Origin: Oscillospiraceae bacterium
Lineage (GTDB): Bacteria > Bacillota > Clostridia > Oscillospirales > CAG-272
Reading direction: 5' to 3'
Length of the DNA: 64,000 bases
Assembly (NCBI GenBank): GCA_015064395.1
Contig: SVSH01000012.1
Location: 364 to 64,363, forward strand
The position numbers and the translations under genes are program-made. Within the stretch, counting starts at the first letter, position 1. Each line of letters begins with the position of its first letter. Shown here piece by piece: positions 16,508 through 26,512 of this stretch. The notes under the pieces were generated by a model, which was given only the letters and a program-made list of their open reading frames with translations, ran no database searches and had not been told where the DNA came from.

Positions 16508-16951
16508 TTATTTCAAGTCCTCCATTTGTTTCCTGATATGTGGCGGTGCATAGGCAAGGACGGCTCGCTTGATGGCTTTTCTGCGATCAAGGCGCAAGCA
16601 TGCTTTGACATCAACAAATCCGGGAGCGATCCGATCTTGCGTAAATTCATAGCAGCTACTTCTGTTATGATATGCCTTTCTCACCGATAAAATCTCCCAC
16701 CACGGAATATGTTCCAACTGCTTTTTGAAAAAATAGCGAGTAATGCCTCGTTCGTCAATCACAACGGTCTGTGCCATCCAGTACAAGCCGCATATGTTGA
16801 AAAACAAGAGCACACCAAACCAAAAAATAGCAATCAACGCAACATCGGGTTCGTCTGATAAAAAGAAAAGAAAGGACACACCGAGCATTACCAAATCCAT
16901 CACCAAGAATGGGATCATCTGAAAAAGATTTTTTAAAAAACGTTTTTTCAT
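16508..16951 (-). CDS. hypothetical 2-TM membrane protein with PH-like C-terminal domain
   Basis: Trimmed to ATG 16951 behind AAAGGAG. Two N-terminal hydrophobic helices. AT-rich. Stop codon 1 nt from the ybaK start. Confidence 0.6.
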   Translation of the reverse strand: MKKRFLKNLFQMIPFLVMDLVMLGVSFLFFLSDEPDVALIAIFWFGVLLFFNICGLYWMAQTVVIDERGITRYFFKKQLEHIPWWEILSVRKAYHNRSSCYEFTQDRIAPGFVDVKACLRLDRRKAIKRAVLAYAPPHIRKQMEDLK

Positions 16952-17040
16952 TGCGCAATCTCCTTTCAATTTTCGAACAACTTCTCCTACAGCCTCACAC
17001 AGCGCAACCTTGTTGCGCGCGTTCGGTATGCGATTTTTGA

Positions 17041-17294
17041 CGTTCATTCTTTGTCGTCCGACAAAGAACGAACCAAGAAAACGGACTTAAGGGCCTGATG
17101 CCCTTAAGAAACCCGCAAGACTTTTTGCTATCTGCGCCTGCCGCGCGTGTTGGCTGTATTTGAAGCACCACACAACAGTTTTTTATGTTTATCTCTTGGT
17201 TCTCTTTGTAGTGCGGCAATGCCGGGGGATCCAAGGGGGAACGCCTTGGCGCGCTTTCTTGGTTCGTTCTTTGCCGCGCGGCAAAGAATGAACA
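17041..17294. repeat. MITE-like element with 44-bp hairpin-forming terminal inverted repeats
   Basis: 17041..17084 cgttcattctttgtcgtccgacaaagaacgaaccaagaaaacgg versus the reverse complement of 17251..17294 tgttcattctttgccgcgcggcaaagaacgaaccaagaaagcgc (37/44). Each TIR is itself a hairpin, and the t14/a21 to c14/g21 change is compensatory. Third half-copy at 17194..17215. Confidence 0.55.
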
Positions 17295-17356
17295 ATTCAT
17301 ACAGCACAGCGCGGCGCAAAGCTGTACGCGCGTCAAAAGGAGAAGTCGTGGAGGAT

Positions 17357-19039
17357 TTAGTGAATACTATTTCTCTCCGCAATCATCTCCCTTGCCGCGG
17401 TGCGTTGCGTTTCGGTGACCTCAATACCACCCAAAATACGGGCAATCTCGTCCACGCGGTCCTCATCATCCAAGGGGCATATGCTCGTCTCCATGCGGCC
17501 GTCGATTTCATTCTTTTCAATCAACAGATGCGTGTCTGCAAGGGAGGCGATCTGCGCCGCGTGGGTGATGCAGATGACCTGTACGTTGCGTCCCATCTGA
17601 CAAAGCCGAATACCTACCTTGCGCGAGGTCTTGCCCGAGATACCCGTATCGACCTCGTCAAACACGACGCATCCCACGCCGTCGCGGTCGTTAAGCACCG
17701 TTTTCAGCGCCAGCATGAGTCGGGACAATTCACCGCCCGAGGCAATCTTGATCATGGGAAGCAAGGGTTCTCCCGGGTTGGTGGCGATCAGAAATTCGAC
17801 GTCGTCTTGTCCCGTGGCAGTGAAATCCTCCGTTTTGCGAATGGACACCGCAAAGCGCACCTTGGGCATATCGAGATAGGCAAGCTCGGAGCGAATACGC
17901 TCGGTGATCTCCTCTGCTACCGCGCGGCGGCGCTCGGTCAAGGCACCTGCCAGCAGTCTGCACTCCTCGCGAAGCGCACTTCTCTGCCGCTCCAGCGCGG
18001 CAAATCGCTCGCCTGCCGTGTCAAGGCCTTCCATGTCCGCTTTGGCGCGGGCCAGGAAGGAAAGGATCTCCTCCTCGGTCTTGCCGTATTTGCGTTGCAA
18101 GCGGGAGATCTGATCCAGGCGGCCTTCAATGGCGTCAAGACGCGCCGTGGGGTCGCCCGCATCGTCGTCCGACCAAGCACGCACCTCCTCGGCCATATCC
18201 CGCACGCGATACATCATATCGTCGAGCTGCTCGGCCATATCAGCCGCCTCGGGAATGACGTCGGCGATCTGGCGAAGCGAAGCGCTTCCCCTGCCTAACA
18301 GATAGGCGACCGACGCGCTTTTCTCGCGGCTGTCAAGCACCTGCGAGGCGAATTTAACGTGTTTTTCAATTTTTTCTATATTACGCAAGCGCTCACGCTC
18401 GCGGTTCAAGCTATCGATCTCGCCCGCCTTGAGCTTGACGGCCTCGATATCCTTGATCTGATATTCGAGCATCTCGCGCAGGCGCAGCTTTTCGGCGTCG
18501 CTCTGTCCCAGCGCTGCCAGCTCGCGCTCGCAGTCGCACAAGCGGCCGTACGCCGCGGCGTATGCTCTCTTTTCGTCCGCAAAATCGCCCATCGCATCCA
18601 AAAGGTGCAGATGCGTCGACTTCTGAAGCAGACGCTGATTGTCATTTTGTCCGTGAATATTGAGCAGATAGCGGCCGATCTCACGCGCCAGTGTGGCCGT
18701 AATGGGCTGGCCACCGATGCGTATGGTGCTCCTTCCGTCGGCGTGCAAGACGCGGCGGAGCAGTAGTGTGCCGTCCTCATCGGGGGCATAGCCAAGCTCG
18801 GCCAGTGCCGCGGCCGTCTCCTCCGTAAGGCTATCGAACACCGCGCTGACCGTTGCCGTACTCTCACCCGTCCGGATGATCTCGCGGCTGAATTTGCCGC
18901 CCAAAAGCAGCCCCAGACTGTCGATCAGAATGGATTTACCCGCGCCCGTCTCACCCGTCAGCACGGTAAGGCCCTCGTCAAAGGCAATATCCACGCATTT
19001 GATGACGGCAATATTCTCAATATGCAACGTGCGAAGCAT
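17357..19039 (-). CDS. recN: DNA repair protein RecN
   Basis: MLRTLHIENIAVI...LTVLTGETGAGKSILIDSL Walker A, SMC-like coiled coil, C-terminal signature ASGGELSR. Confidence 0.93.
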   Translation of the reverse strand: MLRTLHIENIAVIKCVDIAFDEGLTVLTGETGAGKSILIDSLGLLLGGKFSREIIRTGESTATVSAVFDSLTEETAAALAELGYAPDEDGTLLLRRVLHADGRSTIRIGGQPITATLAREIGRYLLNIHGQNDNQRLLQKSTHLHLLDAMGDFADEKRAYAAAYGRLCDCERELAALGQSDAEKLRLREMLEYQIKDIEAVKLKAGEIDSLNRERERLRNIEKIEKHVKFASQVLDSREKSASVAYLLGRGSASLRQIADVIPEAADMAEQLDDMMYRVRDMAEEVRAWSDDDAGDPTARLDAIEGRLDQISRLQRKYGKTEEEILSFLARAKADMEGLDTAGERFAALERQRSALREECRLLAGALTERRRAVAEEITERIRSELAYLDMPKVRFAVSIRKTEDFTATGQDDVEFLIATNPGEPLLPMIKIASGGELSRLMLALKTVLNDRDGVGCVVFDEVDTGISGKTSRKVGIRLCQMGRNVQVICITHAAQIASLADTHLLIEKNEIDGRMETSICPLDDEDRVDEIARILGGIEVTETQRTAAREMIAERNSIH

Positions 19040-19063
19040 AGGGCACCTCCTTTCGGTCAGGCG

Positions 19064-19528
19064 TTATTTTCTCTGTTGTTCAATGCTGGAGGCAAGAGCC
19101 AGGGATTCCTCTGTACTGCGGGTAACAACGATGATGGTATCGTCGCCCGCGACAGTGCCCAGCATCATGTCGTGGTTGGTATGGTCCAGCATCAGTGCCA
19201 CGGCGGACGCCATGCCGGGGGTCGTTTTAATGACGACGTTATTCATCGCATACTGCACCGACAAAATCGAATCGGCGTACGCTTTATGATAATTCAGTCC
19301 TGCCATCCCGCCCTCAGCACGGTCGTCCTTGTTTTGAGGCAAAATATAGCGATAGCTGCCATCCTCCATGAGCACCTTGATCAGCTTAAGGGCACGAATA
19401 TCGCGCGAAACGGTCGCCTGCGTGGCATTGCAGTCATATTCGCGCAGATAGGCGATCAGCTCGTCCTGGGTACCGATGGGATAGCGCTCGATCAATTCCA
19501 AAATCTTTTCCTGACGATTCTTTTTCAT
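19064..19528 (-). CDS. argR: arginine repressor
   Basis: RQEKILELI...TQDELIAYL...ATQATVSRDIRAL winged-helix N-terminus and GTVAGDDTI C-terminal motif. Confidence 0.9.
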   Translation of the reverse strand: MKKNRQEKILELIERYPIGTQDELIAYLREYDCNATQATVSRDIRALKLIKVLMEDGSYRYILPQNKDDRAEGGMAGLNYHKAYADSILSVQYAMNNVVIKTTPGMASAVALMLDHTNHDMMLGTVAGDDTIIVVTRSTEESLALASSIEQQRK

Positions 19529-19554
19529 GTTGACAGTTTCCTTTCGTGCCTTGC

Positions 19555-20433
19555 TTATTCTTTATTCATCTTGGAGCGCAGCTTGTGATAAAAGCTGTAT
19601 TTTTTGAGTCGGATGAGCGTGGTTACCATGGGCGAGCGCGTGATACGCACGATATTGCCACGGTACAGCTCGTAGTTGATGCGTCCGTCTACCGTGACGT
19701 ACAGCATCTTTTCCCGCTGGCAGGTGTTGCGGATCTCCAGCACGGCACTGTCCGGGAACACCAGAGGACGGGCCGCGAGCGAATGGGAGCAGATGGGCGT
19801 GACGCACAGGCAGTTGATGCGGGGGTCGGCAATGGGGCCGCCTGCAGACAGCGAATAGGCAGTAGAGCCCGTCGGCGTTGCCACGATGAGACCGTCGGCG
19901 CGGTAGTTGGTGATCAGCTCACCGCCCTCGCTCAGCTCCAGGTCGATGATACGAGCCACCGACGCGCCGCCCGTGATCACGGCCTCGTTGAGGGCAAAGG
20001 AAGCAATGCGCGTCTTCTCCTCGTCCAGAATTTCCACACTGATCATAGAGCGTTTTTCCTCGGTATAGTCACCCGTAAAGAGACCGTCCAAAAGATCCAG
20101 CTCATCCAGCTCCAGCTCCGCCATATACCCAAGGTGACCAAGATTGATACCCAAAATAGGGATCTTGCGCATGGCCGCGCGGCGGGAAGCCTCCAGGATG
20201 GTACCGTCGCCGCCCAGGATGATGAGCAGCTCCGCCTCGGAGTACATAGCATCCTGCGACACGTAAGTCAACTCCAGCTTGCCTCGTGCAAAGCGATGGC
20301 GGGCGATCTTCTCCCGATTGTATATGGGTGTGATGACCTCACACCCGTGCTGCTGCAGCTTTTGCACCACAGCGATCGCGGCGTTTACCTTGTCCGGAAT
20401 ATTAAAATTGGTGATCAGTGCGATTTTTTTCAT
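19555..20433 (-). CDS. nadK: NAD+ kinase
   Basis: GGDGT motif (LGGDGTILEA) and ATPTGSTAYSLSAGGP motif. Confidence 0.9.
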   Translation of the reverse strand: MKKIALITNFNIPDKVNAAIAVVQKLQQHGCEVITPIYNREKIARHRFARGKLELTYVSQDAMYSEAELLIILGGDGTILEASRRAAMRKIPILGINLGHLGYMAELELDELDLLDGLFTGDYTEEKRSMISVEILDEEKTRIASFALNEAVITGGASVARIIDLELSEGGELITNYRADGLIVATPTGSTAYSLSAGGPIADPRINCLCVTPICSHSLAARPLVFPDSAVLEIRNTCQREKMLYVTVDGRINYELYRGNIVRITRSPMVTTLIRLKKYSFYHKLRSKMNKE

Positions 20434-20451
20434 GATCGATAAGCCTCTTTC

Positions 20452-21267
20452 TTAGGTTGTCTTATATGCAAACAGTCCCGCCGGCAATTCCTCGACGGTC
20501 AGCGGACGGGTATCCGTCTCTGACGCCAAGCCAAACAGGGCCAGGTATTCTACGTTGCCGTCGCCGCCCTCAATGGGGGAGCGCATGACGCGAAGTGGCA
20601 CAAGGCCCACCACCGCGGCGCTCTCCAAGACACGCGACATTGCCATGCGACGGAAGCGATTTTCGCGCACGATGCCGCCCTTGCCCAGCCCTTCTCTTCC
20701 TACCTCGAACTGCGGCTTGATGAGAGTCACAGCACGTCCCCCGGGGCGCAGGTGGGAGGCCAATATCGGGTGGATGTAGGTCTGCGAGATAAAGGACACG
20801 TCCATGACGATGAGATCTGCGCCGCCGTGTGCGACAAATTCTTCTCCCAGCGCGTCGGGCGTCAGGTAACGAGCGTTGCATTTTTCCATGTTGATCACTC
20901 GGGCATCCTCAAGCAGCGCAGGAGCAAGCTGTCCCGAGCCGGAATCAATGGCATATACCCGGGAAGCCCCGCGTCGGAGCAGACAATCGGCAAAGCCGCC
21001 GGTAGAGGCGCCAATGTCCAGCGCCCACGCGCCCTCGACCGACACCGCAAAGGCATCGAGCGCCGCCTCCAACTTACAGCCGCCACGACCGACGTAAGGA
21101 ATGTCCTCTCCAATCTCCACGGTGTGTGTAAGATTTTCGTCCACTTGAAGGCTGTGCTTGGACACGGTCACACCGTCCATTTTGACCTGCCCTGCCTCAA
21201 TGAGTTGCTGTGCTCGGGCACGACTGGGCGCATGGCCGTATTGAGTTAAATATACGTCGATGCGCAT
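20452..21267 (-). CDS. tlyA: TlyA-family rRNA 2'-O-methyltransferase
   Basis: S4-like N-terminus MRIDVYL...SRARAQQLIEAGQV and FtsJ-type SAM motif ALDIGASTGGF. Confidence 0.88.
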   Translation of the reverse strand: MRIDVYLTQYGHAPSRARAQQLIEAGQVKMDGVTVSKHSLQVDENLTHTVEIGEDIPYVGRGGCKLEAALDAFAVSVEGAWALDIGASTGGFADCLLRRGASRVYAIDSGSGQLAPALLEDARVINMEKCNARYLTPDALGEEFVAHGGADLIVMDVSFISQTYIHPILASHLRPGGRAVTLIKPQFEVGREGLGKGGIVRENRFRRMAMSRVLESAAVVGLVPLRVMRSPIEGGDGNVEYLALFGLASETDTRPLTVEELPAGLFAYKTT

Positions 21268-21284
21268 GGTAGACGCTCCTTGCC

Positions 21285-22196
21285 TTAATAAATTCTTTTT
21301 GCCAAATATTCCGCTAAGGCCTGCAAATAGCCCTCATGGTCAATGGAAGCCACGGCTGACACAGCCTCGTCCGTCAGACGGTCGGCATACGCCTGTGCTT
21401 CCTCTACCGTATAGTACGTCAAAAAAGTGGTTTTGTTGACGGCTTTGTCCTTGCCCTTGGATTTACCGAGCAGGGCGGCATCCGCCGTTACGTCGAGCAC
21501 ATCGTCAACGACCTGAAAGGCAAGACCGATGCGGTTGGCATAGGTCGTCAGAGCCTTCCAAGCGGGACTATCCTCTGCCTCGCCTGCTGCGATGGCACCA
21601 AGCTGTACCGCCGCGCAGATCAAAGCTCCCGTCTTTTGGGCATGCAGCTGCAATAGCTCGTCCAAGGAAAGCCGCCTTGTCTCGCCCTCCAGGTCCATTA
21701 CCTGTCCCCCGACCATGCCCATGCTTCCCGCCGCCTGTGACAGCACGCGGACGGCTCTTTGCACCACCTCCGCACGGGGATTCGAGGCTGCCAAAAGGAA
21801 GGCGTCGGTCAGAAGGCCGTCGCCGGCTAAGATCGCCGTCGCCTCGCCAAAGGCCTTGTGCGAGGTCGGCTTGCCGCGACGCAGATCGTCGTTATCCATG
21901 CAAGGCAGATCGTCGTGTATGAGCGAATAGGTGTGTATCATTTCAATGGCGCAGGCCAGAGGCAGTGCGTCCTTGACGTCACCACCCAGCATTTTGCACA
22001 CTTCTATTACCAGGGCGGGGCGAATCCGCTTGCCGCCGGCCATCAGGCTATAGTCTTGCGCCTCCTTGAGAACGGGGGGGCATATTCCCTCTCCCTGACT
22101 GTTCACTAAGGAAAAGCGGGCAGAAAGTGCCTCTGTGACAAGGTCTGCATCTGCTAACAGTCTTTGCAGCAACTCGTTCCGTTGCATGATGCTCAT
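21285..22196 (-). CDS. ispA: polyprenyl (farnesyl/geranylgeranyl) diphosphate synthase
   Basis: First DDxxD block LIHDDLPCMDNDDLRRGKP and second block VVDDVLD. Confidence 0.88.
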   Translation of the reverse strand: MSIMQRNELLQRLLADADLVTEALSARFSLVNSQGEGICPPVLKEAQDYSLMAGGKRIRPALVIEVCKMLGGDVKDALPLACAIEMIHTYSLIHDDLPCMDNDDLRRGKPTSHKAFGEATAILAGDGLLTDAFLLAASNPRAEVVQRAVRVLSQAAGSMGMVGGQVMDLEGETRRLSLDELLQLHAQKTGALICAAVQLGAIAAGEAEDSPAWKALTTYANRIGLAFQVVDDVLDVTADAALLGKSKGKDKAVNKTTFLTYYTVEEAQAYADRLTDEAVSAVASIDHEGYLQALAEYLAKRIY

Positions 22197-22459
22197 GCTT
22201 CGCCCTCCTCGGCAAAGGGTACCAGATGGGCTCTCGTGCCATCGGACGATATTTGGAGCATCTGCACCCTTTGTTCCGCAGACTCCAGCTGCTCGTTGCA
22301 GGTGCGAAGCAGACCCACACCCTCCTCGTACAGCCCCATCAGCTCGTCCAGCGGCACGCCGTCCTTTTCCAAAAGGGCAATGATCTCGTCCAGGCGAGCA
22401 AGACCCGCTTCAAAGGACATCGTCTCGTTTTTCTTATGTTCAGGCTTTGCAGTTGCCAT
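22193..22459 (-). CDS. xseB: exodeoxyribonuclease VII small subunit
   Basis: Trimmed to ATG 22459 behind AAGGAG. MSFEAGLARLDEIIALLEKDGVPLDELMGLYEEGVGLLRTC is the XseB core. Overlaps xseA by 20 nt. Confidence 0.85.
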   Translation of the reverse strand: MATAKPEHKKNETMSFEAGLARLDEIIALLEKDGVPLDELMGLYEEGVGLLRTCNEQLESAEQRVQMLQISSDGTRAHLVPFAEEGEA

Positions 22460-23696
22460 ATTCGTCTCCTTTGATCGTCGCGTCCGGGTGGACCGACGTA
22501 ATGTGCGCGCTTGCCTGTCCGTCGACAAAGCGCAATCGGACGGCATCGCCTTCGCGAAGTCTCCCGACCGTAGATATGACTTGCTTGTTTTGTCCGTCTG
22601 TGACCATCGCGTATCCACGCGACAGCACCGACAAGGGGCTGAGTGCCTCGATTTGTGCGGCGCGGCGGGTCACGTCTCCCCGTACCTGCGCCAGCTTGGC
22701 CTCCGTCAAGCGAAGCATGCGCTCCTCACGCATACAAAGATGCATCCGTCGCTCGTCAAACAGCGCGCGGGGAGAGGTCAGCAGACGATGCCCCGCACGT
22801 CGATCCAACGCTTCGCGAGCACGGGCAAGATGCTGGGCCGCCGCGCGCCGCATGCGCGTCTCCATGCTTTGCAATACAAGAGAAAGCTCCTCGCAATCAG
22901 GCACGGCGATCTCGGCCGCACCGCTGGGAGTGGGGGCACGAAGATCGGCGACGAAATCGCAGATGGTCACGTCGGATTCATGCCCGACAGCGGAAATGAC
23001 GGGCAGGCGCGACGCGGCAATGCTTCTTGCCAGCCTTTCGTCGTTAAACGCCCAAAGATCCTCCATCGAGCCACCGCCGCGACCGATGATCATGGCGTCC
23101 ACCAGGTCAACAGAATTGAAAAACTCCACACCGGTGCAAAGCGAGGCGGGGGCGCCGCTTCCCTGCACGAGAGCCGGGAACAAAATCAACTCACACAAGG
23201 GATAACGCCGTCCCGTGATACGGATGATATCGTGGATAGCCGCGCCCGTGGGTGAGGTGATCACGCCGATGCGCCGAGGATACTTGGGAAGTGGCTTTTT
23301 ACGGGCGGAGTCAAACAGCCCCTCCGCCTCCAGCTTTTTACGCAGCTGCTCAAAGGCCACGGCGAGCGTCCCCGCACCGTCGGGCTGCATATCGCTGACC
23401 ACGATCTGGGTCTGTCCGTCACGGGGATAGGCGCGGATATCACCGCACACCAGCACCCGCATTCCGTTCTCCGGAAGGAAGGTCAAGCGGCTGTTGTTGC
23501 CCCGGAACATCACGGCGCGAAGCACACTCTGATCGTCCTTGAGGGAAAAGTAAAAATGCCCCGTTTTATAGTGATTGGTAAAATTGGAGATCTCGCCCCG
23601 CAGCCACACCCGACGAAGTCTTGGGTCGCTGTCCAGCAGCATACGGACGTATTCGTTGATCTCGGATACGGTAAATACGGCATCTGCCATTGGCAA
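22440..23696 (-). CDS. xseA: exodeoxyribonuclease VII large subunit
   Basis: OB-fold N-terminus VWLRGEISNF...GHFYFSLKD and catalytic core GRGGGSMEDLWAFN. Confidence 0.9.
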   Translation of the reverse strand: MPMADAVFTVSEINEYVRMLLDSDPRLRRVWLRGEISNFTNHYKTGHFYFSLKDDQSVLRAVMFRGNNSRLTFLPENGMRVLVCGDIRAYPRDGQTQIVVSDMQPDGAGTLAVAFEQLRKKLEAEGLFDSARKKPLPKYPRRIGVITSPTGAAIHDIIRITGRRYPLCELILFPALVQGSGAPASLCTGVEFFNSVDLVDAMIIGRGGGSMEDLWAFNDERLARSIAASRLPVISAVGHESDVTICDFVADLRAPTPSGAAEIAVPDCEELSLVLQSMETRMRRAAAQHLARAREALDRRAGHRLLTSPRALFDERRMHLCMREERMLRLTEAKLAQVRGDVTRRAAQIEALSPLSVLSRGYAMVTDGQNKQVISTVGRLREGDAVRLRFVDGQASAHITSVHPDATIKGDEYGNCKA

Positions 23697-23717
23697 GTCT
23701 CCTTTCGTTGCTACTGA

Positions 23718-24689
23718 TTATGCTTTATGCTGTAATACTCTCCGGCAAAGCAGCGCGATGCCGGCGGCGTTGTCCGCCGAGAAGGCCGGCTCGGAAAAAT
23801 GAGTGCCCGAAAAGCGTGCGGCCAGCATGGACTGAATGCGGCGGTTGCTCATGACGCCCCCCGCATACACCATAGGTATATCGGGATAGCGGCGGCGCAC
23901 CTCGGCGCTGATCTCACACAGCGTCTGCCCGATGAAATCGAGCGTATACGCCGCCACAAGCGCTCGGTCGCCCGTCCTTTCATAGAGCGACAGCGCCAGA
24001 TTTTCCAGCCCCGACAAATGGCAATCCAAGCCCTTCACACAAGTGCGCGGCTTGGGTATCCTTTGGGTGTTGGAGGCCGCCAGTGCTTCCAGCTCACGGC
24101 CGCAGGGGAATTTCAGCCCCAGTGCTACGCCGACGCGGTCAACGGCCTGCCCGGCGTGGAGATCCAGCGAGGTTCCGATCATTTCAATGTCAAAGCGGCC
24201 GCCGTCGGGACGGACGTACAAAACGTCGGTCGTGCCGCCCGACACATGAAAGGCGACGAACTCGCGCCGAGTCAACTCGTCTGCCACTCCCGCCGAATAC
24301 AAAGCGGCCATGACGTGTCCTTCCTGGTGGGAAAACTCGCACATCGGAACCTCCTTTACCGCCTGCATGGAGGCCGCCGCCACCTTGCCCGCCAAAAAGC
24401 AAGGCATATACGAGTCGGCGCTCCGACGCGGCGTTGCGGAAAAGCCGATACCGCGAACGTCCGCCTTGCCCCCCTCCGGGTCATGCAATATCAATTTCAG
24501 CTCTGCCATCAAGGGCGGCAGGTTTTTGACGTGAGCAAACACGGCATCACTCTGACGCAATCCCCGCTCCCCTTCCTTGACAGGCAGAGGAGCCTTGAGG
24601 TTGGCAAGCACCGTCCCCTCCCCGTCGCACAGCGCAAGCGAGGTGGTATAGTTGCTGGTGTCGATACCGATATAAAGGTTCTTATTCAT
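23718..24689 (-). CDS. Kae1/TsaD (peptidase M22) family protein
   Basis: LYIGIDTSNYTTSLAL ASKHA-fold start and HQEGH metal motif. Trimmed to ATG 24689 (MNKNLY), overlapping the nusB stop. Confidence 0.7.
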   Translation of the reverse strand: MNKNLYIGIDTSNYTTSLALCDGEGTVLANLKAPLPVKEGERGLRQSDAVFAHVKNLPPLMAELKLILHDPEGGKADVRGIGFSATPRRSADSYMPCFLAGKVAAASMQAVKEVPMCEFSHQEGHVMAALYSAGVADELTRREFVAFHVSGGTTDVLYVRPDGGRFDIEMIGTSLDLHAGQAVDRVGVALGLKFPCGRELEALAASNTQRIPKPRTCVKGLDCHLSGLENLALSLYERTGDRALVAAYTLDFIGQTLCEISAEVRRRYPDIPMVYAGGVMSNRRIQSMLAARFSGTHFSEPAFSADNAAGIALLCRRVLQHKA

Positions 24690-25176
24690 TTTCTTCGGCA
24701 GCTTCAACGGGCGCTTCTGCATCGGCCAATGCCGCCTCGCAGTTGGCGATCACAGCCTCTGCCCCCCTGCTTTCGATCTCCCCCTTGATGCTGTTGAGCA
24801 CGCCGTTGACAAAGGCGCGCGCCTTGGGGTCATCGAACTTCTTAGCCAACTCAACGGCCTCGTTGAGAGAGACGTTGGTGGGAATATCCTTGCAATACAG
24901 CATCTCGTAGGTGCAAAGACGCAGTACGGCACGGCTGACCCGCGACATACGGTCCGTCTTCCAGCCGTGAGAGAATTTGGACAGCAGAACGTCCAGCACT
25001 CCGCGGTGTGCCATCGCGCCAAGATAGGTGGTCTCGACGTAAGAGTCCTCGCCAAGATCTCTGTCCTCACGCGCCAGGGCCAGTACCTCCTGTGGGGTGC
25101 GGTCCGTATCGAATTCCGTCTCGAACAACAGCTCAAAAACCGCCTCGCGTGCCTGTCTTCTTGTCATAGATGCCAT
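24682..25176 (-). CDS. nusB: transcription antitermination factor NusB with acidic C-terminal tail
   Basis: Trimmed to MASMTRRQAREAVFELLFE, with NEAVELAKKF..P.A.FVNGVL motifs. Confidence 0.88.
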   Translation of the reverse strand: MASMTRRQAREAVFELLFETEFDTDRTPQEVLALAREDRDLGEDSYVETTYLGAMAHRGVLDVLLSKFSHGWKTDRMSRVSRAVLRLCTYEMLYCKDIPTNVSLNEAVELAKKFDDPKARAFVNGVLNSIKGEIESRGAEAVIANCEAALADAEAPVEAAEENE

Positions 25177-25374
25177 AGTTAAAATACCTCTCTTTGGGAT
25201 TGATGGGCGTGCATATTGCACACTTTGCCTATTATAATGTATTATTATACCTTTTTATTGAATAAAAGTCAAGAGTGCCGCTTACTTTTTTGCATAAAAG
25301 TGGAACGATTTGCCCGAGGATATCAAAAAAAGCGGCCGTGCATCCGTTGTAAGAACACACGACCGCATCTTACG

Positions 25375-26292
25375 TTACAGGGGACGGCACAAATGTGCCG
25401 GGATTCCCTTTTGCTTCAAAGCATCCACGCACTGTTGTGCGTCGCTTTCCAGTTCAAACACGCCGAACACAGAGGGGCCGCTACCGCTCATGCGGACAAG
25501 CGTCGCACCGGCTTGCGTCATGGCATCCATCAGGTCTTGCACGGCGGAACGCGCGGACAGGACAACGCGTTCAAAGCAGTTATACGAAGCGTTAGCCAGC
25601 TGCGCCGGCACGCCGCTTATCAAGGCCGACAAGAAGGTTTGATACGAAGACTCTGCATCGGCATCGACCACGCCTTCTTCATCCAAACGACGGTACGCCC
25701 ATGGAGTGGACACGCCTTCTCCATGACAGGCGACAACCAGATACCACGTGGGTAAAAGTCCGGGGGCCGCCTCCAACACCTCCCCAATTCCTCGCGCCGT
25801 CATACTCGCACCGTCTCCGGTTATGCTTCTGACGCAGAACGGTATATCCGCTCCCAGCTTCACGCCGATTTCACACAGCGCGTCGGTGCTAAACGGGTGT
25901 CCGAGCAAGTCGTTCAGACCGCACAGCGTCGCCGCTGCGTCGGCGCTGCCGCCACCCAGGCCTGCCGCCATGGGAATCTGCTTTTCCAGATGGACCTCAA
26001 GGCATCCTCCGTATACATGTCCCAGATCGGTCAGCGCCGCAAACAGGGCACGCGCGGCGCGGCAAATGAGATTATGCTCGTCCGTGGGAACGTCGGGGCG
26101 GTCACAGGACAGATGAATCTCTATCTTGTCCCCCTCGCCTCTTTGCCAATACAGCGTCAGGGTGTCCTGCAGAGACACCGCCTGCATATGGGAAAGCAGG
26201 GTATGATAACCGTTCGGGCGCACACCCGTCACGGCCAGGTACGTATTGATTTTGGCATAAGCCGGCATGCACCGGGTCTCTCTTGCGTTCAT
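25375..26292 (-). CDS. ispE: 4-diphosphocytidyl-2-C-methyl-D-erythritol kinase
   Basis: AYAKINTYL start and GHMP motif IPMAAGLGGGSADAAA. Start set at the ATG 5 nt after GGAGG; 26295 is also possible. Confidence 0.88.
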   Translation of the reverse strand: MNARETRCMPAYAKINTYLAVTGVRPNGYHTLLSHMQAVSLQDTLTLYWQRGEGDKIEIHLSCDRPDVPTDEHNLICRAARALFAALTDLGHVYGGCLEVHLEKQIPMAAGLGGGSADAAATLCGLNDLLGHPFSTDALCEIGVKLGADIPFCVRSITGDGASMTARGIGEVLEAAPGLLPTWYLVVACHGEGVSTPWAYRRLDEEGVVDADAESSYQTFLSALISGVPAQLANASYNCFERVVLSARSAVQDLMDAMTQAGATLVRMSGSGPSVFGVFELESDAQQCVDALKQKGIPAHLCRPL

Positions 26293-26412
26293 CATTTCCT
26301 CCCACAAGATTACTCTGCGTTTATGATAACACAAAAGCGCGAAAAAAGCAAGTCATTTGTCTCTCGCGCGGGAATATAATATTAATTTTATAAAAAATAT
26401 ACCACGAAGGTC

Positions 26413-26441
26413 TTGACGGAAGGGTAAAAAAAGGGTACAAT
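26413..26441 (+). promoter_or_regulatory. sigma-A promoter
   Basis: TTGACG (26413..26418), 17-nt spacer, TACAAT (26436..26441). Confidence 0.5.
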
Positions 26442-26512
26442 ATACTGTGGTGATGTGTATACTGTCCATACCTTCACACGAGCTACTTTTTTGAATGGGA
26501 GGTGAGATACCG

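Noticed and set aside
16995-17382. ORFs of 113 and 84 aa inside the recN-downstream gap
   Set aside because: They are translations of the MITE-like element and its inverted repeats.
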